Below are positions 9,825 through 19,269 of a stretch of DNA of 62,596 nt, piece after piece. This DNA comes from a virus (taxonomy: Duplodnaviria > Caudoviricetes): positions 1-62,596 of the IMG/VR virus record IMGVR_UViG_3300014501_000018, one strand, 5' to 3'. Both the position numbers and the translations under genes were made by a program. The first letter of the stretch is position 1. Every line of letters starts with the position of its first letter. The notes under the pieces are model-generated. The model had not been told where the DNA came from and searched no databases. It worked only from the letters and a program-made list of their open reading frames with translations.

Positions 9825-10415
9825 ATGGGCTACTCGGAACAGCGACGATGTTATTTACGTGGAATTCGGACATCCACTAATCCGATTCTTGCTGAACGGC
9901 TGCGCACTCTTTCGCGGTTAGTGGATCAATGGCGAGCGTTTGATCGACGTATGGCAGCCTCCATTAATGACCGCCTCTTTCCTGCGTTCGTAGCTGGTTG
10001 GTTCGCTGGAGTTGTTTGCGGGGCCGTGTATGGATCGTTTCACTGGCATTCCCTTCAAATCGAGATGGGGCGCTTAATACTTCTGTCCGTCACGATCTCA
10101 CAGGTGGTGACTCTAATATGGTCATCTCGGATCGTTCGTCATCAAACGAGCAATCCTGCGCCAGTGAGTGACAGAACCGTGATTAGAAAAATTCTCGAAT
10201 GGCTAAACGGCGATCCGAATTGGATTGATGATTATGACCGATGGAAGGGTAGGGCAATGAAAACTCAACTCGCTTTGATTGTCGGTACGGTCGCTGGGGT
10301 GCTTATAGTTATAGCCGCTTCACTGCTGTCCGGCTCGTGCGCGCTTACCGATCAGTACGGAGGACCGCACATGCTGGTCTGTTTTTGGTTCGGTGATTTT
10401 GTACCCTTCCATTGA
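9825..10415 (+). CDS. Hypothetical membrane protein (possibly fused small genes)
   Basis: Several hydrophobic stretches; internal start at 10257. Confidence 0.45.
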   Translation: MGYSEQRRCYLRGIRTSTNPILAERLRTLSRLVDQWRAFDRRMAASINDRLFPAFVAGWFAGVVCGAVYGSFHWHSLQIEMGRLILLSVTISQVVTLIWSSRIVRHQTSNPAPVSDRTVIRKILEWLNGDPNWIDDYDRWKGRAMKTQLALIVGTVAGVLIVIAASLLSGSCALTDQYGGPHMLVCFWFGDFVPFH

Positions 10416-10566
10416 ACGCGCACTAACGCGGCGGCAGCGAGAGAACATGGATGAGAACGGCGGCCAAGCCATCATCGAGGACGGCGCGATTGTGATCCGC
10501 GTCAGTCTGGATGCCTTACCAATCATGCTTATCCGGTTGTCACACACAAACGCTGAGGCCCACTAG

Positions 10567-11391
10567 ATGTTGATCCGCTATCTCATTCGAGCAAGCTACG
10601 GCAACGACAGCGTCGCGCTGATCCAATGGGCGCGCGAAGAAGGCTTGTCGGATGTTGTGGTGCTTTACTCAGATACCGGATGGTCGCGCGCCTCGTGGGC
10701 GGCGCGGGTTGAGGAAATGGAGGCATGGGTTCGGTCCCTCGGTTATGTCCCGGCTCGCACTGAGTCCATCGGCATGGAGGCGCTTCTAAGGTCCAAAAAG
10801 ATGTGGCCGCAGCGCCTTATGCAGTTCTGTACGAAGGAATTGAAAATCCTGCCAACAATAGCTTGGCTGGAAAAGAACGACCCGGAGGGCCGCGCTATCG
10901 TTTTGACGGGTGTTCGGCGGGAGGAAAGCGCCAACCGTGCCGACGCGCCAGCATTCAAAGTTAACAGCGCCAATGACGGCGGCCGTTGCGTCATCCAACC
11001 GCTTGCGACCTTCACCGAGGCAGACCGTGACGCCCTATTGCGCCGGGCGGGTTTTGAGCCGCTTCCGCACCGCTCCGAGGAATGCAAGTGCATCAATTCC
11101 GGGCGCAAGGATATTGTGCGTTGGGACGCCAACGATATTGCCGAAATCCGCCGCATCGAAACGGCTTTAGGATTTAGCTCTAAGGGTAAGCCCTGCACCA
11201 TGTTTAGGCCAAATAAGTTCATGGGAGCGACGGGGATCGACGAAATCGTGAAATGGGCACATTCGCCTCGGGGTGCCTACAGGCCACCAGAGCAATCGGT
11301 GGCGCTCTGCGGAGAGGACCTCGCGGAGGCTTTAGCCGGAGAAAATTTGGAACCCGGCGAACCGTGTGACAGCGGATGGTGCGAGCGATGA
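10567..11391 (+). CDS. PAPS reductase-family (PP-loop) protein, passenger of the element
   Basis: SYGNDS PP-loop variant, SDTGW, FCTKELKILP, GVRREES..R, C.CIN. Confidence 0.85.
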   Translation: MLIRYLIRASYGNDSVALIQWAREEGLSDVVVLYSDTGWSRASWAARVEEMEAWVRSLGYVPARTESIGMEALLRSKKMWPQRLMQFCTKELKILPTIAWLEKNDPEGRAIVLTGVRREESANRADAPAFKVNSANDGGRCVIQPLATFTEADRDALLRRAGFEPLPHRSEECKCINSGRKDIVRWDANDIAEIRRIETALGFSSKGKPCTMFRPNKFMGATGIDEIVKWAHSPRGAYRPPEQSVALCGEDLAEALAGENLEPGEPCDSGWCER

Positions 11392-11510
11392 GAGGCGCGA
11401 CCGAAGAACAATGGTTTGGCCTTTTCACCTTGATCCTGATTTGGGGATTTGTACTTGTGCAAGCCATCAGACTTGCGTGGATGAAATACCATGACAGACA
11501 CAACATCTAG
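11388..11510 (+). CDS. 40-aa single-TM peptide, second passenger
   Basis: ATGA-coupled to the upstream gene; WFGLFTLILIWGFVLVQAI. Confidence 0.55.
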   Translation: MRGATEEQWFGLFTLILIWGFVLVQAIRLAWMKYHDRHNI

Positions 11511-11793
11511 GGCTGTGTGTCTAAACCGGATAAGCATGTTACCAATGGTCATCGAGGGTGCTTGGGCAACCAACAATCTGCCCACGAGGATGAAGATCAC
11601 AAACGTCCAAGAGTTTGCGGCCGACTTGATACACGAGTTAAATGACGAATCTGAGGATGGCAGCACACGTATCCATCGTATGCTCGACAAGGCTATCGAA
11701 AATGCGATTAGCCAAGGCGCCTTCGGGATTGAAGAACATGAGCAACAGGAAGCATAGCACTCGTGCCCCACTATACGATCAGCGAGAGATAAC

Positions 11794-12376
11794 ATGAGCG
11801 CAGGAACCAAAAATCTTATGGCCAATCAGCGCCAACTCGACATGGATGGCTGCGAGGTAGGCGTTTCCCGGCAGGCCCTTGAAGAAACCCTTTCCGAGCA
11901 CACTGCAATGGTCGAGGCGCTGCACATTATACTGACACAGCACCCAGGGCCGGAGTGGGCTTGGGTGCGGACGATCTTAAACCGAGCCGACGGAAATCCG
12001 TCGCTCGTGGGGAGAGTGTGACGTGATCGATAACCTGCTCGACCACAACGAAGCCGCCGCAGCTATTCAGACGCTGGCAAACTTGCTTGGTGGTCGATTT
12101 GTTATGAGCCGAAAACGCCTTGCCGCAATGGGATTTTCCAAGAAACAAATCCAAATGCTCGAACACGCATTTGATCTGGAAGAATAGTTCGTTCAACAGG
12201 AGACAGCGCCCATGTATAAGATTGTTCGCCAATCCGACCACCGTATCCTTGCACTGGACGCGACCAACAAGTTGCAAGATGCCATTGGCTTTGATGACAA
12301 ATGGAAGGGCCTAATTGAAAACCAAATCTTCGAGTTGATCGAGGACGGCTACCGGCGTGGCAAAGAATACCGCTAA
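11794..12376 (+). other. Three small hypothetical genes (11794-12021, 12023-12187, 12212-12376)
   Basis: Each has a purine-rich Shine-Dalgarno-like sequence upstream; tiled. Confidence 0.55.
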
Positions 12377-12404
12377 CAACCCGAACGCAACACAGGAGAC
12401 AGTG

Positions 12405-12758
12405 ATGGAACGTGCTAAAAACGAAAATATTGATGCGCTCCTTGGGTGCATAGAAGGGAGTCGCGGCGGCGACAGGTCACTCGATGAAAGCATCGCCGTC
12501 TTTGTTGGGCATAAATTTGAACGCCGCGGCCAAATTCCGCATTACACAACGTCCTATGACGCTTCGATGGCGATGCTGCCCCAAGGGTTTAGTTTTCACC
12601 TTAATTTCGGCGCGCACATGGGAGAATCCAGAGCATATATTTGCCAAAACGACGGCACCGATACTGGCAATCTCAAATTTGAGGGCCGAGCGGGAATTGC
12701 CGATGCCCCTCGCGCAATATGTGCCGCCGCGATTCGTGCTCGCAACGCACTGCGATAA
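12405..12758 (+). CDS. Phage ABA-sandwich-like domain protein
   Basis: LD..IA...PHYTTSYDA...APRAICAAAIRA pattern. Confidence 0.6.
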   Translation: MERAKNENIDALLGCIEGSRGGDRSLDESIAVFVGHKFERRGQIPHYTTSYDASMAMLPQGFSFHLNFGAHMGESRAYICQNDGTDTGNLKFEGRAGIADAPRAICAAAIRARNALR

Positions 12759-12782
12759 GCATCCGAAAGCGAGAGAACTATC

Positions 12783-13695
12783 ATGAGCAACGAAGCCGAA
12801 GTACGCCGCTGCGAGGATTGCATGTATTGGGACAACTCAGTGCAGCGAGTAAACTCACAGGCCGACACGACCGGCGCGTGCCGTATCAAGCCGCCCAAGA
12901 TTGACAAGCGTACCGGCGGCGCTATGTGGCCGTTTACAGAGGACACGGATTGGTGCGGAAGCTTCGCCCGCGACACGACGAAAGACCCGTCACCATTTTA
13001 ACGGGCGCTCAGCGTCAGGGATCGTAAATAGGAGAATGAACATGACAGACTTGGAACAAAAAGTGCTTGATGCTACGCGAGAATGGCTGACTGACCGCAT
13101 TCCTCACTCTCCTGCCTCAAAAGCCCTCGCCGCTGCGGTAGCCCGCGCTTTCCCCGACGACATGGAAACGCGCGAAACCTGCGTATGTCCAGACAAGGAC
13201 GAGTGCGATGAGTGCTTAACGGCTGCCGAGATGGAGGCGCTGATCCAAAAATGGGAACGCGAATCCGCTGCGGTCCCGTCATGAGATACGGAACGCCTTG
13301 GATAATCGAGCGCGAGAAAAGCCGGATCATGCCCGACAACGAGTGGCGGCGGTGGTTTGCATGGTATCCGGTGCGCCTAGATGACGGGACGAAAGCTTGG
13401 ATGGAGGAAGTCGAGTACACGCAGCCTATGCGCTACAACCTGCCGGAATATCGAGCGGTCACGTCATGAAAGCGGAAGAACCATGCTCGCCCGATCCGAG
13501 TTGGCAAATTATATCGCAGACAATTACGGCCGCTGTGACCGCGACAGCCAATGTTATCACGGCACTGATTCACGCGGCCGACTTAACGGTTGTCTGCGCA
13601 TCGGATGGCGCGGTCGCGAGTGTCCGCACTGGCACCCTGTCGAAGCGCGGACGTGGGAAGAACTCAAAGCCGCGGCGCTAACGTGTCGGAAGTGA
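12783..13695 (+). other. Four small hypothetical genes, three Cys-rich (12783-13001, 13036-13284, 13281-13469, 13483-13695)
   Basis: CEDCMYW...C...WP....DWCG; CVC...CDEC; WRRWFAWYPV; tiled starts. Confidence 0.6.
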
Positions 13696-13699
13696 CGAA

Positions 13700-14215
13700 A
13701 TGACATTGGGATCTCACCAAAAAACGGTCGGCGATACTCAGACGTGGATCACTCCCAAGTGGATCATCGACGCCTTGGGACCGTTCGACCTAGATCCGTG
13801 CGCCGCCGACCCGCGCCCTTGGGATTGCGCACAAACAAACTGGACGGTTGGCGGCCTTGATTTGCCGCCATGCGCCGTCTGGCACGGCCGCGTATGGCTC
13901 AATCCTCCGTTCGACCGCTACGAGGTAGCCAAGTGGGTGAGCCGTCTCGCCAGCCACGGCAACGGCACTGCGCTGCTACACGCGCGTACTGAGGCGGCAT
14001 GGTTTGAACCTGTATGGCGCAAGGCGCGGGCGATCCTTTTCTTGGCCGATCGATTGTATTTTCATTACCCGGATGGCCGTCGCGCGGAGGCAAACAGCGG
14101 GGCACCTGCGTGCTTGATCGCGTTCGGTGCATGGGATGTGAACAAGCTCGTGGCCTCGCGCATTGCTGGCGCGCTCGTTACGGGCTGGACCGATAATTCG
14201 CTAGTTCATCAGTGA
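13700..14215 (+). CDS. Phage-type DNA N6-adenine methyltransferase
   Basis: W.TP...GPFDLDPCA, VWLNPPF catalytic motif, ARTEAAWF. Confidence 0.88.
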   Translation: MTLGSHQKTVGDTQTWITPKWIIDALGPFDLDPCAADPRPWDCAQTNWTVGGLDLPPCAVWHGRVWLNPPFDRYEVAKWVSRLASHGNGTALLHARTEAAWFEPVWRKARAILFLADRLYFHYPDGRRAEANSGAPACLIAFGAWDVNKLVASRIAGALVTGWTDNSLVHQ

Positions 14216-14450
14216 GGACCGTCATGAGCCAATCAGCCTTCGCCTGCTTTTTAATGGGGTGCGCGTTCCTCGTGCTCGGCTTCGCAATGCTCTATATCGA
14301 TATGAAGCGCTAACATCACACAGGCGACAGAATGTTAGATTGGATCGGCTACCAGCTTATGCTTTGCGGACCATGGCGAGTGACGTGTAATTCGCGCACC
14401 CGCTTCGGATCGTGGTGCCTCGATCGCGCCGGCAGAGGGGTTTATTCACG

Positions 14451-14723
14451 ATGACGGAGCAAACTGACGCGGAAGCCGAATTGGAGCTTCTAAAGAAAGA
14501 CCACGCCAGCTTGGTCGCAATGTTCAACGAGCGCGCCAATACAATCGCGCAACTCGTCGAGGACAACCACTGCATTCCGGAGTTTGAAGCTGAGATCAAG
14601 AGGCTGCGGGAGGTCATCAAGAAGGCGGCGGATAAAATTGATTCTCCGACAAGGGTACCGCGCGTCGAAATGGTCCGGGAGTTGCGCGCAGCACTCACAG
14701 ATGAGCAGGGAGCGAGCAAATGA
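14451..14723 (+). CDS. Coiled-coil hypothetical protein
   Basis: EAEIKRLRE heptads. Confidence 0.55.
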   Translation: MTEQTDAEAELELLKKDHASLVAMFNERANTIAQLVEDNHCIPEFEAEIKRLREVIKKAADKIDSPTRVPRVEMVRELRAALTDEQGASK

Positions 14724-14843
14724 GAGATTGTCTGTTCCTGTCAGGGCTGTCGTTTCTGCTGGGCTTCAAGATAGCGGCCTACATGGGCAAGCGCCACCTT
14801 GAGCGCATGAAGCAAATCTGGCGGTCATAAATGAGACGTGCCG

Positions 14844-15305
14844 CTATTCCCGGAACGCGATGGCGCCAGCTAACGATCGTGCTCGCGTCCGAACAGCGTG
14901 CCCGTCATTACCTGAATTGACGATCCATTCGCCATCGCTGGACTGTCCCACGATCTGCCCGACATGATGATACCAAACGACGACAGCGCCAACATGCGGG
15001 CTCGTCGGCCGGCCCCAATGCGCCCAGTTGCGCGCGAGATTGTATGCCGTATCAGCAACGCCCTTGACCTGGCGCATGTACCAGCCGCACCAGAGCGCGG
15101 GGCGGCCATCGCTGAAATGCCGGCGGGTGAGACTCACCGCGCTTGGCTGCTGCTCACCCCAGAACCCCCATCCGGCCCAAGGTGTGGCGGCGACGGTTGA
15201 GCGGTGATGATGTGCGTAGTACCGATAGTGATGGTGCCTCGAATGAGCCGAAGCAGAACTCGTCAGCAAAGCAAAAACAAGCGCGGTGAAGAATGCCGTC
15301 CTCAT
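14844..15305 (-). CDS. Secreted CHAP/NlpC-like amidase
   Basis: Signal peptide ending ASA; WCGW catalytic Cys, HHVG His, SGN. Confidence 0.75.
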   Translation of the reverse strand: MRTAFFTALVFALLTSSASAHSRHHHYRYYAHHHRSTVAATPWAGWGFWGEQQPSAVSLTRRHFSDGRPALWCGWYMRQVKGVADTAYNLARNWAHWGRPTSPHVGAVVVWYHHVGQIVGQSSDGEWIVNSGNDGHAVRTRARSLAGAIAFRE

Positions 15306-15331
15306 CGTGTGTTCCTTTGGTTGATAAAAAT

Positions 15332-15703
15332 TTAATGCTTAGTGGGATGACCTTCTAGATCGCGAAGCCGTTCCTCATGGTCCCTCGCCTCGACGGTGAT
15401 ACTCTGCAGGATGCTGTTCTCGGTCGCGATGTGGTCCGTGAGCGTCGTTTCCAGCTTGATCATCTCGTCCCCTTGCGTTCGCTGCAAAGTTGCTTCGTCC
15501 CCAAGCGACTTCCAAGTGTAGGCACGCTGCTGATCCAGGGTGTCAAACCTCTTATTAAATTCCCCGAGCTTGTCTTGGACAAACCAGCCGATGATCGCGA
15601 GCGCCAGCATTACCATCGTCGTCAGCCCGCGGAATGCCCATGCCGCAATGCGTTCTTTAGTCTCCCCCATTTGATGGGCGAGAGACGTTGTTTGGTCAGT
15701 CAT
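15332..15703 (-). CDS. Single-TM coiled-coil protein (lysis region)
   Basis: One TM segment followed by heptads. Confidence 0.6.
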   Translation of the reverse strand: MTDQTTSLAHQMGETKERIAAWAFRGLTTMVMLALAIIGWFVQDKLGEFNKRFDTLDQQRAYTWKSLGDEATLQRTQGDEMIKLETTLTDHIATENSILQSITVEARDHEERLRDLEGHPTKH

Positions 15704-15725
15704 AACTGTTGACCAATTGATGCTT

Positions 15726-16205
15726 CTAATTCGTCGCGGGCGTTGTTGCTGTTGCCGGAGCTGGCGTAGGAGCAGCTACAACAGCTACAACAGGTCCAGC
15801 GGTTTTAGCCAAAACTGCATTCACCGCAGTTGATGCATTCGTGACCGCTGTGAAGGCATTAGTCAGCGTGGAGGCCGGAGTTGATCCAGCTTTTAATCCC
15901 GCTGCCAGTGCAGTCGAGGCGGCTCCAGCTACAGCTAGAGCAGTTTCGGCTGCAGCGATTTCAGGTGCGGCTTCTGGTACCAATACCGCAGCAGTTGAGA
16001 ATGCGGCGTTGATGGTGACCTCATGTGCAGCGATCCAACCAGCAATCGTTGTGAGTTGACCGTCAGCCCAACTTTCAAACGCCTCAACTTCCGTCCAAGC
16101 TTCGTTGATCCAGCCAACAATGTCGGTTATTCCAACCTGGAATTCATTCTCAAAGACTGATAAAGCCGATGGGGCGGATGCCGGTGTCGTTGCGGTGGTG
16201 CTCAT
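15726..16205 (-). CDS. Ala/Thr-rich hypothetical protein (lysis region)
   Basis: ATGA-coupled ORF, amphipathic. Confidence 0.65.
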   Translation of the reverse strand: MSTTATTPASAPSALSVFENEFQVGITDIVGWINEAWTEVEAFESWADGQLTTIAGWIAAHEVTINAAFSTAAVLVPEAAPEIAAAETALAVAGAASTALAAGLKAGSTPASTLTNAFTAVTNASTAVNAVLAKTAGPVVAVVAAPTPAPATATTPATN

Positions 16206-16522
16206 GCGAGTCTGTCCTTCAATTTACTGGTTACGAGACTAAGTGTGGGGGTGAGTTGCTGCGCCAGGACGTTTGCCTGATTAATGGCGACTTGGTTTTT
16301 ATCGACGAGACCGATCAAAGCTTGGATTTTTGGCAAAGCGTCATGAAGTACGGGGATCAAGTCTTTCGCCAACGCCGTCGCCTGGTTGATGTCAGCTTGG
16401 TTTTTTTGAACGAGAGCGACAAGTGTCTGGGCTTTCAAAATAGCGGCTTTGACTTGCGCGATCTCCGCGGCATCGAAACCCTCAAAACCTAATGCCCATT
16501 CTTCGATCCAGTCGTCGCTCAT
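16202..16522 (-). CDS. Hypothetical protein with an internal duplication
   Basis: KAQTLVALVQKNQADINQATALAKDL / KIQALIGLVDKNQVAINQANVLAQQL. Confidence 0.65.
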   Translation of the reverse strand: MSDDWIEEWALGFEGFDAAEIAQVKAAILKAQTLVALVQKNQADINQATALAKDLIPVLHDALPKIQALIGLVDKNQVAINQANVLAQQLTPTLSLVTSKLKDRLA

Positions 16523-16770
16523 TTCTTCGCATCCGGTCCAAGGGGGAATTGCGCAGCGCCGGCAATTGTCGTGCTCTGCGACGCCGGGATCATGTGCAGG
16601 ATACCATTCGCGCCGTTAACAAGCGCATTGAAGATACCCAAGGCTGCGAGAATTTTGGCTGTCATGGCGGCCCCGAACAGAGTGGTAAACTCGGCTCCAC
16701 AAAGCAGCAAGGCGCTGATGGCGAAGGCGCCAAAACTTATGTACGTACCCCATTTGGGACTTACAAGCAT
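16519..16770 (-). CDS. Putative holin
   Basis: 83 aa, two TM segments, directly downstream of the endolysin and esterase. Confidence 0.6.
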   Translation of the reverse strand: MLVSPKWGTYISFGAFAISALLLCGAEFTTLFGAAMTAKILAALGIFNALVNGANGILHMIPASQSTTIAGAAQFPLGPDAKK

Positions 16771-16771
16771 G

Positions 16772-17320
16772 TCAGGCTCCTATGACTCGCTTCATCTCGC
16801 ACAGGAATCGATCTTGCGTTTTTACGTTGCCGTCGCCGGGGTGCACGTCGAACGTGTCGAAAGTGTAGAGGTTCGTTACTGTGTTGCCTGGTGACTTTTT
16901 CCAGACATAAGCGCCGAGCCCGGCATTGATCGGATTGGTGCTATAGGCGAGGTCAGCGAATTGAACGTTCGGGGTAATGCCGGGGTAAGCAGTATCGATC
17001 CCTGCTTGCGCGCCCCAAATTGAAGCTTGGAATCCCCAAATGCCGTTGATAATCCGTGCCTTGTTTTGGAGGTAAACGTAAGCGCCTACAACAGGAGTGT
17101 TACTAGCTCCGAGCGACGTACCAACGATAATGACTTTATCTGTTAGGGGAAGGCTCAGTATCAACGCCACGACATCGTTGACCTGATAGTCACGATACGG
17201 CGAAGCGTGCGTATTGATGTTGGGCAGTTCAGCTTTCATGCGCTGCGTCATTGTCCGCGCACCAGGGTCCGTTACTGGTCCCCACATTCCGTACAGATCG
17301 AAGCCGTGCACATTTGGCAT
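16772..17320 (-). CDS. Small alpha/beta-hydrolase-like (GxSxG) esterase
   Basis: IIVGTSLGA nucleophile elbow and a C-terminal His (VHPGD). Confidence 0.6.
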   Translation of the reverse strand: MPNVHGFDLYGMWGPVTDPGARTMTQRMKAELPNINTHASPYRDYQVNDVVALILSLPLTDKVIIVGTSLGASNTPVVGAYVYLQNKARIINGIWGFQASIWGAQAGIDTAYPGITPNVQFADLAYSTNPINAGLGAYVWKKSPGNTVTNLYTFDTFDVHPGDGNVKTQDRFLCEMKRVIGA

Positions 17321-17345
17321 AGGATAAACTTCTACGTGAAAAGCC

Positions 17346-18008
17346 CTAACTCGTCAAATCCAACTCCGGCTGCTCGAACGGCAGGAAGTCTCCGAAGTCG
17401 CCGAACGCCGTATCGGTGTCGCAGTCGAGATTGGCGAGCCGGGTCACGGCGCCCTGCAGCAGCACTAATTCCGGCGGCTTGAGCGCCAGATAAGCTCTTG
17501 ATCCCGTCCAGCCCATTGACTGCGAGAGCCACGCCAACTGTGCCGATTTTGCGCCGATGACCGCTTTGCACACAGCTCCCGAGCCATAGACCCCGATCTG
17601 ATAACCCGAGTTCATCAGGACAGCCTCGATCGCGGCGAAGTAGGGAAGCACGTATTGGCTGATCTGGCTGGGACTGGCATCGGTGTCGACTGCGAAATAG
17701 ATGCAGGCTCCTTTGGGAGCCCCAACCGTGGGCGCATAATTCAGACAGAACGTAGCATCACGCTTGCCAGCTTGGGCGCTGATAGCCGGAAACGCACCGT
17801 CGTGGGTGAGGAAATCGCCATACCCTTCATGAACCAAGGCGAGCCGGATACCAGCGTCTGATAGCGCCTGGGCCTCGGCCGGCTTAATGCACTTGTCGCC
17901 GGTCGGGTTGATTGCCGATAAATACCGGATGACGGTCTCGATATTATCCGCTTGCAGATGCTCGATCTGCGGCGTGGTTACTTGGTTGGTGTCTATGATG
18001 CTGGTCAT
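17346..18008 (-). CDS. Endolysin, DUF1906/GH25-like glycoside hydrolase
   Basis: TVIRYL, IYFAVDTD, GVYGSG, WLSQS.GW, CDTD. Confidence 0.82.
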   Translation of the reverse strand: MTSIIDTNQVTTPQIEHLQADNIETVIRYLSAINPTGDKCIKPAEAQALSDAGIRLALVHEGYGDFLTHDGAFPAISAQAGKRDATFCLNYAPTVGAPKGACIYFAVDTDASPSQISQYVLPYFAAIEAVLMNSGYQIGVYGSGAVCKAVIGAKSAQLAWLSQSMGWTGSRAYLALKPPELVLLQGAVTRLANLDCDTDTAFGDFGDFLPFEQPELDLTS

Positions 18009-18016
18009 TGTACATC

Positions 18017-19267
18017 CTATCGATGAATCTGTGCTAGATTTATAATTCCGCTTGTTACAATAACCCCATCAGCGCATGTGTAAGGATGAATGCCGTCAGA
18101 AGTCCATGGCGAGCACGCCGGGTAGCCGACACCTGCGTTCCATATTGAATTGTTTGTTCCATTTCCTACAACCGAAGCATCGTCAAAATAGTTTACCGCC
18201 CCGAGAGCCATGGTGAGGATAGCAGTATTAAACGCAGCTAACTGACTTTGAAAAGCCGTTACCGTCTGATTTGACGTTGTCGCCCAACCATCTGTTGAAG
18301 TTGTAAAAGGCGTAAGTGTCTCTTGAATGTTTACACCACCGCCAAGTGAATTAGCGGTAAATTCAGCCCAAATGGTTTCCGTATTAGTTTCAAGCTGAGC
18401 CGCTGTTTGGCTGCCGGCAATATCATTGTGCCCGTAATTATTAATGTCGTGCGAGCAGTATTGGTAGAGCATCTGTCGCACAGTGTTGTTGTTAACAAAA
18501 CTAACTGCACTATCGCCAGCTTTCCCCATGTTTATATAACCAAAATATGGTCCAGCGCTCGGGGCCGTAATTCCTTGATCGCCAAGGGCGGTTACACCCC
18601 CGTTAGAACCGTACTGAATGCTATCACCAAGAAGGCAAAGCGCCGGCAATGTAATGTTCGATACGATTGCTGCTGGGGTCATATACCCTAGCCCACTATT
18701 AGTTACCGAATCGCATGAGGCTGTTTGATCGCTGATACCCGATGCCCCGATGTGCATTGCGTCGCCGAGCGACAAATCAACTTGCCCGTTGTTGGCATAA
18801 ACCGCGCCGGCAGAACCGACCCAATACTGTCTGATCCAGAATTCCGCGCCATTTGGGATTCCAATATTCAGGCTGTCCGACAAGAGTAGCGGGTTTCCCG
18901 TCGTTATGTTTCCGGTGGCGGAACCGCTGAACTTTATCTGGGTGCAGGTGCCAGCGGGCCACTCTACCGAAGCTTTTATGGTGGCAGATGGAAAGGTAGC
19001 AAGAAGATCGCTTTGACCAACTTCATTCCCATCTGGCGTGGTGCCAAAATTCGGGACAACTATTTGAAGTGAGGATACTGCATTTCTGGCAAAATGCGTC
19101 GAACGTGACATTATTTGTCGGTTGGTTTGATCATTTGAGTCGTTGATGTATGATCGAGTTGCAAATTGGCCGGTGTAGCTGGATGGGCTTGCAGCGCAAC
19201 AATAATTTTGAGCTGATGCGTGACCTACTAAAAACGCGCTCAATATGATGGAGATTATGTATTTCAT
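18017..19267 (-). CDS. SGNH/GDSL esterase with signal peptide
   Basis: MKYIISIILSAFLVGHASA signal; blocks GDS, G, G.ND and DGIHP. Confidence 0.85.
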   Translation of the reverse strand: MKYIISIILSAFLVGHASAQNYCCAASPSSYTGQFATRSYINDSNDQTNRQIMSRSTHFARNAVSSLQIVVPNFGTTPDGNEVGQSDLLATFPSATIKASVEWPAGTCTQIKFSGSATGNITTGNPLLLSDSLNIGIPNGAEFWIRQYWVGSAGAVYANNGQVDLSLGDAMHIGASGISDQTASCDSVTNSGLGYMTPAAIVSNITLPALCLLGDSIQYGSNGGVTALGDQGITAPSAGPYFGYINMGKAGDSAVSFVNNNTVRQMLYQYCSHDINNYGHNDIAGSQTAAQLETNTETIWAEFTANSLGGGVNIQETLTPFTTSTDGWATTSNQTVTAFQSQLAAFNTAILTMALGAVNYFDDASVVGNGTNNSIWNAGVGYPACSPWTSDGIHPYTCADGVIVTSGIINLAQIHR

Positions 19268-19269
19268 GA

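Larger units (their letters stand above)
10524..11538. mobile_element. Non-autonomous TIR element (IS1595-like mobile cassette), 1015 bp
   Basis: 25-bp TIRs (22/25 identical, outer 15 bp perfect: catgcttatccggtt). 8-bp TSD TTACCAAT at 10516-10523 and 11539-11546. No transposase inside. Confidence 0.88.
10447..11757 (+). pseudogene. Small phage gene split by an insertion at 10524-11538
   Basis: Removing the element and one TTACCAAT copy restores MDENGGQAIIEDGAIVIRVSLDA-LP-MVIEGAWATNN...EQQEA in one frame. Confidence 0.85.

Noticed and set aside
10567-11391. Sulfate-assimilation cysH auxiliary metabolic gene, or a complete Dnd system
   Set aside because: No other cys or dnd genes are present, and the C-terminus is not the canonical ECGLH; family-level call only.
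12752-12763. gataagcat, similar to the right TIR end of the 10524-11538 element
   Set aside because: Only 9 bp, with no matching left end or TSD.
10421-14723. Integron attC sites (CTAAC at gene ends)
   Set aside because: Does not fit RYYYAAC, lacks the paired GTTRRRY and long hairpins, and no tyrosine integrase is present; kept only as a weaker junction motif.
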